A DNA stretch of 64,000 nucleotides from Octopus sinensis (GCF_006345805.1 NC_042997.1:204972001-205036000), one strand, 5' to 3'; positions 1 through 13,291 are shown, numbered from the stretch's first letter. The notes: a model not told the origin generated them from the letters alone. Program-made: numbers and translations.

Positions 1-1702
1 GTCTCAAGACATGAAGAAGAACAGCCCTGGCACATTTGAAGCTCACAAAAGAATTGGTATAAATCGAGAACTTATGAAGAACTATTGCTGTAAACTCTAT
101 AAAAATGAAAGTCATGTTTATCACACCAAATCCATTTGTTCAGGAAAAATCATTGAGAATTCTATATTTTACAATTATGCAAATACTTTCGGAGCTGTTT
201 TGTGGGCTATATTACCATTACTCATTAGTTTCGTATCAAAAGCGAAAGTACCTTCACATTCCCGTCAACTCAATCTGCCACTGTCTGCTCACGATGAATT
301 CTTATTTACAATTAAAAACACATTGCCATACAAATCAGAGTGGATCAATGGAAAAAATAATATTTACACATTCTCTCATTTTCTGTCAAGGGTATTTTGT
401 TTCCACAATTCCTCTTTCTTTGCATCAAGACTAAGAAGATTCCTTTGTATTCTATTTTCTCTTTCAGTATTCTTTCTGGATCTTTTGATGCATTACTTCT
501 TTTTATATGAAACAATAGAAATTCTTTACCAAGATGGTATCCCATTGGGCTATCGCGCCTTAATATTAGGAATAACAGAAAGTTACGACAATACAGATGG
601 CTTCATGGGGGGTCCGTTTTTGTGGTTCACGGTCTACATATTTTTTAGCTTTATTCTCTTCGTTCTTCCCAGTCGAACAAGTGAGACTGTCGCTTATAAT
701 ACATTACATCAAAGATCCACTTTCACGTTTCTCATTCAAAATAAGAGATTATTAGAGAAGTATGGCAGTTTAAATGTTTCTACTCTACAGGATTATGATC
801 TACTCTATGCAGTAATGGAAGCTAATATTTCTACTGCTCTAAACCCAAATTTCTGGTATTTAATAATTTATACTTGGATTAATCGTATAAAGAAAATTTG
901 GTTATATTACTACAGGAGAAATATTTTCTGGAAATTCATTACACTTTGGCTCTTTGTTTCCATTACAATTTTATTTGCTGTATTTTCTGTCTGTGAATTA
1001 TTTCTGTGCCTCGTTTATTATGGAATCCCAATTGTTTATCTGATTTTAACTTTACCATTAAGTTATTTCAGAGTTTATATTTACCCCCTGTATTTGAATC
1101 CTAACTATATTTTCAAGATTATTGCTTTCATTTTAACATTCATATCGTTTCTATGTTTTATAATATGGGGAATTTATTTAATCTTTATATTTCTTACAAG
1201 TTTTCAAATCCTCTGCATGTATATATTTTCATCAGCTATTGCAGTACTTGCTAAGCCTGGTACTGTTGGTGATATATGGTTTGTTTCCATGTTTCTTCTC
1301 TATGGTATTGAAATTATAAAAGCTATTCAGAAACGATATGACTTTATTCTACTCGAATCCATAAAGCTCACCAAAATTCTTCGTCCAAATTTAGTTCAGT
1401 CAAAATATGGGGAAGAATTCATAAACGCCAATTTGTTCAAGACAATTGTTAACCATAATTTTCCTTTGAGAAACGAGATTGGTAAATCCATTGTAAAATT
1501 GTTTCTAATCATATATTTTTTCTTTGTTTGCAAAAATATATTAAATCAAAGTGAATTCGACTTTTCAACATTCACAAAGATTATTTTGATACTGGTGACG
1601 TCTGGCATGCCTAAGTTATTGTCTACAATAAATACGAATCTTAGGTTAACAATAACCATATTGGATAAAATTATCCAAACAATAAACGTATTTGAAGAAT
1701 AA
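1..1702 (+). CDS. Multi-pass membrane protein, paralog A (5' part lies upstream of the window)
   Basis: 563-aa open frame that is collinear with the ORFs at 24826 and 43553. It has many hydrophobic segments, no intron in the visible part, and a TAA stop at 1700-1702. Confidence 0.85.
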   Translation, partial: SQDMKKNSPGTFEAHKRIGINRELMKNYCCKLYKNESHVYHTKSICSGKIIENSIFYNYANTFGAVLWAILPLLISFVSKAKVPSHSRQLNLPLSAHDEFLFTIKNTLPYKSEWINGKNNIYTFSHFLSRVFCFHNSSFFASRLRRFLCILFSLSVFFLDLLMHYFFLYETIEILYQDGIPLGYRALILGITESYDNTDGFMGGPFLWFTVYIFFSFILFVLPSRTSETVAYNTLHQRSTFTFLIQNKRLLEKYGSLNVSTLQDYDLLYAVMEANISTALNPNFWYLIIYTWINRIKKIWLYYYRRNIFWKFITLWLFVSITILFAVFSVCELFLCLVYYGIPIVYLILTLPLSYFRVYIYPLYLNPNYIFKIIAFILTFISFLCFIIWGIYLIFIFLTSFQILCMYIFSSAIAVLAKPGTVGDIWFVSMFLLYGIEIIKAIQKRYDFILLESIKLTKILRPNLVQSKYGEEFINANLFKTIVNHNFPLRNEIGKSIVKLFLIIYFFFVCKNILNQSEFDFSTFTKIILILVTSGMPKLLSTINTNLRLTITILDKIIQTINVFEE

Positions 1703-1794
1703 AATATATCACGGAGAAGTTTATCAAGTTATTTGATATTCTCGATGAAATCAAAACATGTTCCAGGTTTTTATGGATTCTTAACTACATTGTA

Positions 1795-1797
1795 TAA

Positions 1798-1840
<43 letters not shown>

Positions 1841-2180
1841 GTCATCATCATCATCATCAACTTTATCATCATCATCATCATCATCATCATCCTCATCATC
1901 ATCATCAACAACAACAATAACAATAGTTGTGGTTAATGAAAAGATTAGGCATGATACTCTCCGTAATTGTTGCCCTTGAAAGCATCAGTAATCAACTACC
2001 AAAAGATTGGTGCTGCAAGTGTGAAGGTAGAACACCTACAAAAGTCAACATTGATTGGAACTGCAAGAATCCTTCGCAGGGTTCTTGAAGCATGAGCAGT
2101 AAAAACGTGTCGTCTGAGTCTGCTGGCTTTGGACAGCCGATACTTTCCATCATACCCAGCAAAATATGCTGTGAATTTTC

Positions 2181-2250
<70 letters not shown>

Positions 2251-2260
2251 AATAATGATA

Positions 2261-2295
<35 letters not shown>

Positions 2296-2299
2296 AATG

Positions 2300-2360
<61 letters not shown>

Positions 2361-2445
2361 TAATAGTAATGATGATGATGATGATGATGATAATAATGAT
2401 AATAACAATAATAATAATAACGATAATGATGATATGATGATGATA

Positions 2446-2498
<53 letters not shown>

Positions 2499-2513
2499 GT
2501 AATAATAGTAATA

Positions 2514-2575
<62 letters not shown>
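1795..2575. repeat. (CAT)n and (AAT/GAT)n microsatellites interrupted by a LINE 3' fragment
   Basis: Directly visible trinucleotide tracts. Confidence 0.95.
1930..2185 (+). mobile_element. 3' end remnant of an RLE non-LTR retrotransposon
   Basis: Encodes VEHLQKSTLIGTARILRRVLEA*, matching the C-termini of the other RLE elements here; followed by an (AAT)n tail. Confidence 0.7.
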
Positions 2576-2579
<4 letters not shown>

Positions 2580-3140
2580 GCCCTGATGCAGTACCAGGCA
2601 GTGGCTCTCATGGCTTCTGATCTTAACTGATTGGAAGTGTTATCATGTACATTGTTTTGTCTTGGTATAAAAGATGGGCTACAGCAAATATTCTGCTCAA
2701 TACCACAGATTTGCTTGTCAGTTGTTTGACCTTAACCAGTTGAGCATGTCCCTTAGTGGCTGACGATATGTGCATCTCTGATCACGAGCAGAAGTAGTGG
2801 GGGAGCATCATAGCCATGTGTTGAGAGGGATGCTTTGGGGTTTGAATAGTTCACCTCTGGAAACATGGGTGGTTCTTTCAACATCCTTAAACAACCCTTA
2901 TTCGGGGACCGTTTGAGCGGGATGGGCTACTCAACCTGAAGAAAATTCAAACTGGGCCCCACCTGCAAGGTCATGTGCTGTTTATCTTGATATGAGATCA
3001 CCATGTCGCGCACATATGGTTGTGATGCATGTGCCTGGTGTACCTTTATCAGACGGGTAGTCATGATGGGTATATTGGGCTTCGTATATTTTACCCCAGT
3101 GTCACTTTGATGGCATGAACTGCTCTCTCACTCAATAATA
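2576..3140 (+). mobile_element. ~560-bp non-coding retroposon ending in (AAT)n, copy 1
   Basis: Same sequence recurs at 34144, 56522, 60890 and 63875; the copies that reach their 3' end finish ...CTCACTC(AAT)n. Confidence 0.8.
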
Positions 3141-3144
3141 ATAA

Positions 3145-4795
3145 CACTATTAAAGACAGTTCATGGATTTACCAAAGAAATAGTTATGAAATTTGGATTA
3201 GAAAAATGCGCCAAAGTAACCCTGAAAAGAGGAAAACTAGTTAAGAGTAACAACATCACACTAGATAAAACCAATGAAATAAAAGAATTAGACCAAAGCC
3301 AAACTTACAAATACTTAGGAATCCATGAACTAGATAAGACACAACACACACAAATGAAAGAGAAAATAAAAAAAGAATATTATAGACGAGTTAGATCAAT
3401 GCTAAACACAGAGCTCAATGCTAAAAACAAGATAATAGGTATCAACACTTTAGCTGTCCCAGTTATAAGTTACAGCTACAATATCCTTAACTGGACACGA
3501 AATGAACTGACCAAAATAGATAGGAAAACAAGAAAAATAATGACAGGATCTAGGATGCATCACCCAAAATCTGTCATAGAAAGACTATATATACAACGTA
3601 TAGAAGGTGGTAGAGGCCTTATACAGCTGGAAAACTACTATAAAATAACCACCATAGGACTGCAAAAATATCTACTTCAGAAGGAAGGAAAACTGATCCA
3701 GATAGCGGCAAAACACGAGCAAAACAAAAAACTGTTCTCAGTATTTAAGGAAGCTGACAAATACAAACAAGAAATCATACCACCTAATAAATATGAAGAA
3801 GAAGAAGAAGAAGATGAAGAAACAACAAAAGCTATAAAACAAATGAAATTCAAACTAAAAATAGAACAGCAACGAACCATGATAAAACGATGGCAAGAAA
3901 AGCCCCTTCATGGTAAATACTGGACTAAACTAAACGCAAAAGAGATAGACAAAGAAAAATCCCAGCAATGGTTGAGAAGCTCAGGACTCAAAGCAGAAAC
4001 AGAGGGATTTTTAATTGCAGCACAAGACCAAAGACTCCCCACCAGAAATTACCAAAAACATGTAATGAAAAGAAATATTACAAGTAACTGCAGAATATGT
4101 GGAGATGGACAAGAAACAATAAATCATATTATCTCTAGCTGCCCAGTCCTGGCTAAGAAGGAATATATTCACAGACATGACAGAGTTGGAACCTACATAC
4201 ATTGGAAGCTATGCCAACATTATGGAATAACAACAGAAAAAAGATGGTATAGGCACACACCAGAAAAGGTCACAGAAAACGAGAAAGCAACCATACTCTG
4301 GGATATGCCGATACACACAGATAGAGAAATTAAGGCCAACAGACCAGATATAGTTGTCAGAGATCATGAAGAAAAAAAATGCTTTCTAATTGATGTATCA
4401 ATACCGGCAGATGACAACGTGTCTCTAAAAGAAATGGAGAAACTCTCAAAATACAAAGACCTGGAAATAGAGGTAACTAGAATGTGGAACCTGAAAACAG
4501 AAACAATTCCTATCATAGTAGGTGCAATAGGCATGATAAAAAATATTCAGACAAATACATAACAAAAACACCAGGACTTACAAACACATATAACATACAG
4601 AAAATTGCACTACTAGGCACTGCACACATCCTACGCAGAACACTTTCCATACAATAACCATCAGAGCATCACAACAAATCACAGCACATACCCAAGGCAC
4701 ACAGAGCTGTGCTCGGTAGTGAAGTGAAAGCACGCTATAAAAAATAAAACTACTGAATAATAATAATAATAATAATAATGATGATATTGATAATG

Positions 4796-4859
<64 letters not shown>

Positions 4860-4860
4860 C
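3145..4860 (+). mobile_element. 5'-truncated R4/Dong-like non-LTR retrotransposon (RT C-terminus, CCHC finger, RLE endonuclease)
   Basis: ORF 3186-4562 contains FGLEKC, CRIC..HIISSC, RHD, NRPDIV..LIDVSIP and EKLSKY; frameshift near 4545; (AAT)n tail. Confidence 0.9.
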
Positions 4861-5628
4861 CGGGGGACGTTTAAGGTGTAAGAAGGAAAATTCAGAGCTC
4901 CGAAATCTATCCACAAACATCGAAAACAAGGACATCCTATGGAGCCAAAGTTTTGCTAACAAAGAATTGGACTGTATCCGAGTAAGTAATACTAATTGAA
5001 ATTTATTACTATTTTTGAAACGAAATGATGTATTTTGACTCGATATTATCTCCACCTCTAACGCAACACATGTAAACATGCGTGGAACATCACGATCATC
5101 CCCGACCTCAAACACCATGTACAAAGGAACTACGAAGAAATTAAATGCCACCGATACTATTCAACCCAAGAATAACAATCGAGCGGTACGTACATTAAAC
5201 CTACAACAAAAAATGTACGAAAAACTACACGTGCGAAATAATGTGACAACAGAAATAAACGGACCGGTACCCTACGAAAATGACGGCCGTCAAAATAATG
5301 GGCCGGACGTTGTACCTCATGTCCCGCAAATAAAATCCAAAAGACGTAAATGGACACGTGAGGAATACATTTCTATCTTACACGCATACTACACAGCAGT
5401 ACTCTACCCCAAAAATGAAAATACAACAACACATACATATAAAATATGGATCATACAGAAAATTGCACTACTAGGCACTGCACACATCCTACGCAGAACA
5501 CTTTCCATACAATAACCATCAGAGCATCACAACAAATCACAGCACATACCCAAGGCACACAGAGCTTCGCTCGGTAGTGAAGTGAAAGCACGCTATAAAA
5601 ATAAAACTACTGAATAATAATAATAATA
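4861..5628 (+). mobile_element. Internally deleted R4/Dong-like element (5' end fused to 3' end)
   Basis: The N-terminal RRKWTREEY..AYY motif (also at ~57280) is joined in frame to IQKIALLGTAHILRRTLSIQ and to the same 3' UTR as 4590-4760. Confidence 0.8.
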
Positions 5629-6145
5629 CCAAAAACTGAACTCGACCCCCAACATTCCCATCGAAGCCATTGACACCCCGGCACTTCCAATAATCCAATA
5701 CAGTTTTAACATCATTAACTGGAATCTTAGCGGGTTCCAACACCTGGATAGAAAAACAAGAAAACTACTAACTTCTTAAGAACATGCACCACCCAAAAGC
5801 AGACGTTGATAGTCTGCTTTACCTACATAGAAGTAATGGGGGGAAGAGGATTGATGCAGGTAAATCTGTGCTGTAAGACACCTCCTCAATAGCAATGAAC
5901 AAATAGTTATCTCGTACAGAGGACTGGATGCTGTGGTTTGTGTGCAAAGACGAAAGCAGCAAAAATCACATTCCATTGCGAAGGAAGCTTGTAAATTCGC
6001 AAGGGAACTCGACATTAACCCTGAATTAAATGAAGAACTGGAAACCACTGCCACCAAACAAAACGGATCAAAGAAACAGCAAAAAAGAACGGGCAGAAAC
6101 AAATTGAAGAGAGGTGGTGCCAGAAGCCTCTGCATGGACAATATA
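5629..6145 (+). mobile_element. Degenerate RLE-LINE RT/thumb fragment
   Basis: Encodes ALPIIQYSFNIINWN..LDRKTRKLL and MHHPKADVD-like sequence across frameshifts. Confidence 0.7.
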
Positions 6146-6310
6146 AATTGGATTGAACGCGTGACACATCCATTTCCAAGTAAGTTTATCTTCACCTTTT
6201 TCATGCCATTCTCTATTCTATACTGTTTTCTTCCTCCATCCTTCTCTAATTCCCTTTTTCTCCACTTCCCCGTTTTCTATCTCTCTCTCTCTCCCCCTTC
6301 TTCCTCTTTT

Positions 6311-6344
<34 letters not shown>

Positions 6345-6852
6345 GCTTACACGTGATTATCACCCATCTTTCTTTTCTTGCACAGACGTTTAAACGAACG
6401 GACGTGATTTTTTCTCTCTCATCTATCTTTTCTCTTTTCAAAAGTGTTTGTCCCAGCGTTCACTATTTTCCTCCCGTTCCGGTCTAACGACTCTCCATGC
6501 TTGTTTTCGTTCGGTTTCCTTGTATGTCTCCACTGTCATTTTATTGTTCCCAACTTTGACCTTCAATAAATCCCAAATTTTATTTTAGAATTTATGGGAG
6601 CAGCTGTCTTTGAAGACTCATAGTGTCGTTGAATACTCCAAATGAGGAGTAGATAGACAGCCAACCGATTAAGGGTCCTTTCTCTCTGTTAACGTATCCT
6701 GTTTTCAATTATTTCCTCGTTGTTTACACATTTCACTCGTCTTTCCCGAATTTGTTTGCGTATTTCATGTTATTTGCATTGTTGGTGACGTCCTGTACCC
6801 ATATATGCATGTAAATATATATCTATATATTATTTATTTTATATATATATAC

Positions 6853-6929
<77 letters not shown>

Positions 6930-9900
6930 CTAGCAGCATAGCCCGGCGTTGCCCGGGTATGTAAGAGCTCCTAGTAGGCAACGACTAATCCCAATCTAGT
7001 CCTTTCCCTCTAAGGAACGAAGGCGCATGTGTAGGTTGCAATGTCTTCTCTACACTCGAATACTTCTGTGTATATGATGTTCCTAGCTGTCCCTTTGGGC
7101 GAAAGCATGAAAACATCATTGCGCCTCCCAACGCGTGAACAGCCCACGTAGAGTTTACCGTGGGCGAAGCACTGTTCGTCCGAATGTAACCCAGCGACTT
7201 GTAGCGTTTGGCCTTGGGATTTATTGATGGACATTAAGAATTCAAAAAGGATCCGAAGACGATCTTCCACTTGGAAGGAGAGTTTCTTGGAGTGGTAGAT
7301 GATCCTCGGTCACATTCCGTATATTTTGATAATATATTCACAAAGTATGATCTGTTAGTGCACCTCGGGCAAATGGGATTTGATGCAACCGGTACGAGAG
7401 ATAATTGTCTCAAGAGATGTCATCTAAAGGAAAGAGCATTGATGAGAAAGGAGCCAAGATGTTCATATGATTATAGATTTGAAATCAATAATGAAATCTT
7501 TGTAGTTAGTTGGCTTGACACTAAATCTATAGATATGTCCTATCTATAGATTTATAGGCGTGGACATCACCAGGAATAGCTTCAAGTAGCTGGATATTGA
7601 TGGAGTTGACAGTTGTATTTTTGGGTGCGAGAACAGCTCTGCCTGCCAGCCATTTTAGGTCACGTAAATTGTTTTGTAGGTCGTGGAAGACAGCATCCCG
7701 GAGGCTAGCAGGGGTGTCGACAGTGGTGCAAAGTGAGTCCAATTGAACACAGTCATCCGCATCAGCCGGCATCCTATTTTCACCGAGCGATAAAAGGTCC
7801 CTGGAGAATGCAGCGGATCCGCTGTCACCAATCAACTGCGCGTGCATGTTAGTTTGGAGGTGCAAGGGCCGCACATGTGCCCAAAGAGCTGACGACTTAA
7901 GGCACACGCGCACGGCATCGGCACGGGTTCCTTTTGGAATAATAGGTAGAATCTGCCTGAAGTTTCCTGAAAGAAGTAAAGTCATTCCTCCCATGGGGGC
8001 CGTAGAGTCTCTGATGTCTTGCAGGGACCTGTCCAGTGCCTCAAGGGCGCCTTTGTGTGCCATAGTGCACTCGTCCCATACGATGAGTTTGCATATGCGC
8101 AGAATGTCGGCCTATTCTGAGTTCCTGGCGATGTTGCAGAGAGGTGACTCGGACTTTGCCAGATCGAGCGGGAGTCTGAAGGCAGAGTGGGCGGTTCTGC
8201 CACCCGGAAGCAACGTGGCCGCGATACCAGAGGAAGCTACAGCCAGGACAATGTCCGTGTTGCGTCTGACCTCCGTCAGAATTAGTTTCGTGACGAAGGT
8301 TTTGCCATGCCGCCAGGTGCGTCAAGGAAGTAAATCCCCCCACGTTGCTGTCTGACAGAGTCTACGATGGTGTTGTAGGCTTTGCGCTGGTCTGGAAGCA
8401 GTCGTGGTTCATTATCTTGGACGTACTGGTGCAGTTCCTCAATGCAGTAGGAAGTTTCGCGTAACAATTCAGCAGACATAACATTGGCGTGTTCACGTGT
8501 GGGTGGTGGAAGGCCGTACTCCGTTAAAGCAGAGCCACCCATATCGATGACAGCGTCTTCGAGTTGAATAAGCGCAAAATTGTAAATGAAGTTGGTGAAC
8601 GTGATCTCGACGGAAGGGCAGTGTTGCTGAGCCGTACGTAAGAAGTCCTGCGACATGTCATCCCTGTATTTCATCCAGAGACTTAGTGGGTCACTAAGCT
8701 GACGTTTTTGAAGAAGGCGTTTGCAGTAAAGCGCCCTCTGTCATAGTGGCGTCCCACTGGGAGTAATCCTCTAGAAGGCCAAGTCTCATACACGCTTCCC
8801 TGAAGGTGTCACGCAGAACCCCATTGACGGTACGTATATTGCCGAAACCTGTTGGACCAATGACCTCATGTAGAAGGAGACGGAGGTAGAAGCATTCTTG
8901 CTGGTTTGGCGGGATGTTGTAAAGTCGACCCAGGCAGGAGTCAGGGAAGACTTCGACGTTTTTGCCGGATTTCCGTCGAACCCAGGTGTTGTTATACCAC
9001 ACGAAGTACGATGGGACCTGGGGGTACAAAAGCGTTCGAGCGAAGTCATCACGTTGGCATAATTTGAAGAAACCGGTCAACGTTGTGTCTTTAGAGTTAG
9101 TGGCTACCTGCGCAGCAGTTTGCTCTGTGAAGTAAATGCGCTGTCCATTTTCCAAGTGTACAGCAAGCTGCACCACAGCCGGGTGTCTCTGATGGAGCGG
9201 GAAGCCGTAAATGCACCAAAACGCTTCGTTGCTGCTGAGGTACCGGAATGCCAAGTAGTTGGACACTTCGTCGCAACTGGTGTTCCTCTGGATGCTGAAC
9301 ATGGCAGCATCGCTGCCCTTGTTGATATATTTGCAGACATATTGTATTGACCTGATGGAGCTGCAGAACTCAACGTTGACGTGGGCTTTGAATATCTTCG
9401 ACAGGAGAGGACAGTAGGGGACAATGTAGCTGTTGTCCACTTGATGTCGCCCAACCGTAACGGTGCGGCCTCCATTGGCTGGACTCCTTCGTTTGTACAG
9501 CGGAAACCCATCGCCGCCTGTTTGAGTCTCCAAAGTGAACCGTTTAGGGAATCCCTTTGAGCAGGCTAATCCGTTTTTGCAGCATGGTGTGTTGGCGTAA
9601 TTTGGTCCACAGGGCCCGTGTACCATGGTAGTGCGGACAATTTCGTACACTTCGGGGTCCTCATCGGGGTAGGAATCTCGGCGGAAATGAATTTGTCAAT
9701 GTCATTAGTCTCGATTTTATTAGTTAGATAAATTTAGATGTGAGCATGTGGCAAGCCCCTCTTTTGCCACTCGACTGAAAGCATGTGGCACCTGACATGC
9801 CCGAAAATCTGACCCTTAACTATCAAATCCATCATTTTGCCAAATTCAGACGGAAAACCCTAGCAACGATGGAGTTCGCGAGTGATTTCGTCGCAGTTGG

Positions 9901-12900
9901 GATTGCACGTGTAGGTGATAAAGAGGTCCGGCCGGCCGAAAATGCGCACGTAGGTCAAGGCGTCTTGGGTCCTTTCACGCATATATCGCGGTCCTCCTGT
10001 GAAGGTGGAGGGTAGAATGCATGGCTTGCCGATGTTGCGAGGGTCATTTTCTTGTTGCAAGCCGTCACGGAGATGAATGTAGGAGTCGGAGCGAAGTTTG
10101 GTCTGATTAAGTTTAATGTATAGCAGCCTTTCCGATTCCACTTTGGCGGCCATGTCGACGGCGAACTGGTAGAATAGCTGACGACAACGGGGCAATAAGT
10201 TGAACTCACCCTCCCTGATCATGAACCGGTATGAGTAGAACGCCCTGCAGGAAACCGTCTTTGATGCCACAGTAGTTTGATTGGAGGGCTGCCATAAAGG
10301 AATTCCGAAGTGGTAGCCGTCTTCCCTATAAGGGAAAAGCAATGGGTACTGAAGCGCGTCATAAGATCTGTGAGTCTCGCTGATCCTGCGTAGGCTGTTA
10401 CCACGGGAGGAGATGATTATGTCACGGCTGTTGTGTTGCTCTCCGTGTATGACTGCGGCAATTTCGTTGCACGCAGGTGCGTTGAAACAGCGTTCGTGCT
10501 CCCCGTGGGGTCGTTTATCAGCATCAATGACAACGTTGAAGTTTGGAGACGGAGCACTGTCCAAGGCATACCTGAAGCTGCAGACGTAGCTGTTGACATC
10601 ATGAAGCATGGTTTGAAGACGGAGAAGAACGTCTTTGCGGGGAACATAGCATGTACCCGGTATTATTCCAAGGCGTGCATCAACCTGCTGGTTGTAGTCG
10701 GCAATGAAGTAGATTTGGAGGAAAGAAGACTGCTGAATCTCGTCTGGCAGAAGTGACCCAATAAGATGGTAGACCTGTCCCTGCACTTTGAAAGTAGGCA
10801 TCCAGCCTTCCTTAGAAGGAATTTTGGCCCCGAAAGAGGTCATTTGGAATGAGCAGTTGTACTTTCGAATGATTTCAAGGAATTGTGACGATTCGGGGGT
10901 TAAACCCGCCGCGAGATCCTTCAGTTGTTGAGGTGGTTCCCGTAGGGGTGGCAGGTCCACTTTGCCACCAGAGCAGCACAAACCAGATGGCTCTCCGGGC
11001 CATTTCTTGGCTTTGCAAAACTGGCATACAATTGTCATTGACCCTATCTTGATGTTGTCACGCAAGGAGAAGTTAATTGTGGCGTCGTAGTTGAATGCTA
11101 GTAACGACCAGAAAGCGGGGGCAGGGGTACGTACACCACGAATGATATCCCGACGTTGGTTGATACTCTCAAGTCGAGTGCGCCGTGCCTCAGCAGATTG
11201 AGATGCGCGTGCGACAGCGGTAGCAGTAGCATCCCTTGAAACCCTTTCAGCTCTCGCCTCAGCACCTTCTGAAGCCCTAGCAGAAGCAGTGTTAATGGCA
11301 TCTCTGGATGTCCGAATAGTTCGTTGGTCTGGAGTTTCGGCAGATCGAGCCCTGGCTGTGTTTGCGGCGTTAGCAGTTTAGCGAGCTCTCCTCTGTTGAG
11401 GTATTTCGGCAGATCGGGCCATGGCTGTATTTGCGGCGTCAGCAGCTTGGTGAGTTCTCCTCTGCTGTGAGGTTTCGACAGATCGTGTCCTGGCGGTGCT
11501 AGTGGCGTTAGCCGCATTCCGAATGGCCCTTTGTTCGGGGTTCTCGCGAGCTCTGCGGATGGAAGCACAGGAAGAAGCCCGCATGTTTTGTCTGGACTGT
11601 TGCTCTTTCGTCAACCTCGAGCGGAGGGAAGATCTGTACGCTGCGGCCCTTGCAAGTCGGGTAGGACGGTCGCTAGTAGTTTCAGATGCCTGAGCAGCGG
11701 CAGAACGGGAAGCTTTTTGCGAGAGGCGCAAGGCAGTTTCCTCGTGGGTCTCGCGTGCCCTTCTAGCCCTAACAGCCGATGCCTTGGCCGTCCGAGGGCT
11801 GAGGAGTGTCTTTCTCTTCTTGGGTGGCATTTTGGTGGATAGCAATGTGTTTGGCAAAGGTGTAATTAAAAGGAACACGTGGGGTAAATATTTTGGTGGA
11901 TAGCAATGTGTTTGGCAAAGGTGTAATAAAAAGGAACACGTGGGGTAAGTATCCCAAAATGTATAAAAATGTATAAAAACGCCAAAAAAGCGGGCAGCAA
12001 TGTGAGTGACAACAACGAAAAAGTCAAAAGTGACGAAACTGAACAAACGAATGGAAAAGGTTTTTTGGTGCACACGACAAAAGCGGCTTATAATAAACCA
12101 AGAGTTTGCAAGTAGCGTCCGAGGACCCTTAGGGTACGTCAAAAATTTAAGGTAAAACGTTTGGGGTGGTAGTTATAAAGAAAGTTTAAACAAAAAAAGT
12201 AGTCGAATAACTTGCGGGTGCAGCAGCTATTAGCAGAAGTGGCGGTGTTGGGGGTAAAGTCTCGAATGTAATTTCTTCCTGGTAGGAATTGGTTGGGTTG
12301 AATTATCGATAGCTGTTTGATAGTTATTTGGGAGTTAAAAAGGTCGAGTTGCGTCCCCTAGACAGTCTGTGGTTTGTGTTTAATACACAAATCGGTTTGC
12401 TATGTGTGCCACATATGATTTAATTAACCGATTTTTTCAAGTAATAAAGTATCCTATTGAAATAAAAAGGGCCATATAGCTCCTTGGAGCAGACATGATG
12501 CTCGCTGTGAATTAAAAAAAAATTCCTGCCAATTTGTGAAAGATATTGTCGAAAATATGTCATCTTGAATTTGAACGCGATTTCCCAAAATGGCATGATT
12601 TTATCGATTTTCTCTGATGGTGAGGTATTGCATGGAAAACTAACGCCAGAATTAAGTTTCTTAGGGTAACATTAAGCTTCACCATGAGTTTGGTGAAAAT
12701 CGATTGCAAGTTAAGAAAACTACAACAGAAAATGTGTTGCATATAAGAAGCTTTGATTCTCGACCCCATGTCGAATTTATCGATGTTTTTCAGAAGTGGG
12801 GAACTTTTCACAATTTTCGCTGCGTTAGTTTTGAATTATGATATTGGGCTATATTTGTGTCGAGTTTCATCAGAATCGGTTGAAAGCCGTGGTCAGGGTG

Positions 12901-12964
12901 AGGGTACAACCCGACAGACATACAGAGACACAGACAGACAAACTGCCGTTTATATATAGAGAGA
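6930..12964 (-). mobile_element. Full-length, frameshifted Helitron (Rep-Pif1 helicase)
   Basis: 5' TC at 12964-12963 after an A. 3' hairpin CCCGGGCAACGCCGGG (6942-6957), then CTAG (6930-6933) before a T, in (AT)n. The ORFs carry YDALQYPL, LPSTFTGGPRYM, PDLFIT, MVHGPCG, YVCKYINKG, FLDAPGG, VLAPKN and SINKSQGQTL. Confidence 0.95.
7245..7527 (+). mobile_element. piggyBac-like (DDD) transposase fragment inside the Helitron helicase
   Basis: HSVYFDNIFT..LL..L...GFDATGT.......C.L......MRKEPRCSYDY......IFVVSWLD resembles the piggyBac/PGBD catalytic core. Confidence 0.7.
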
Positions 12965-12969
12965 TATAT

Positions 12970-13290
12970 AAAATATTAGAAAAAACCCCACTTTTTATCA
13001 ATTCAAAATGAATAATTAAATTACACCATCTAGAAAATTATATATAATAGAAAAGTTAAAATTAAAATAACAATTAAAAAGAAAAGATTTAGTAAATTAC
13101 AAGAATAATATTATAATGTATATAATAGTTAGAAAAACGACACGTGTTTCGCTGCAATATTTAAGAAATGATTATAGTAGTAGAGAAATCACTTGTATAT
13201 AAATATAGTCGCTCCTCAGGTTAAAAATATAATAGAACAGTAAAATAATTAATTAATAAATATACTTTAATATATACTTTATAATATATA
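12970..13290 (-). mobile_element. Penelope pLTR-like repeat with a hammerhead motif
   Basis: Minus strand reads CTGAGGA(13219-13213)...GCGAAACACGTGTC(~13152-13139). The first ~170 bp recur at 55968-56070. Confidence 0.55.
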
Positions 13291-13291
13291 C

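Noticed and set aside
1733-2611. Poly-I/N/L/Y ORFs (also near 35000, 45435, 56800, 60650 and 63359)
   Set aside because: Translations of (AAT)n microsatellites.
11098-11842. GC-rich overlapping ORFs with short repeats
   Set aside because: Alternative frames of the Helitron's repetitive Arg/Ala-rich N-terminal region.
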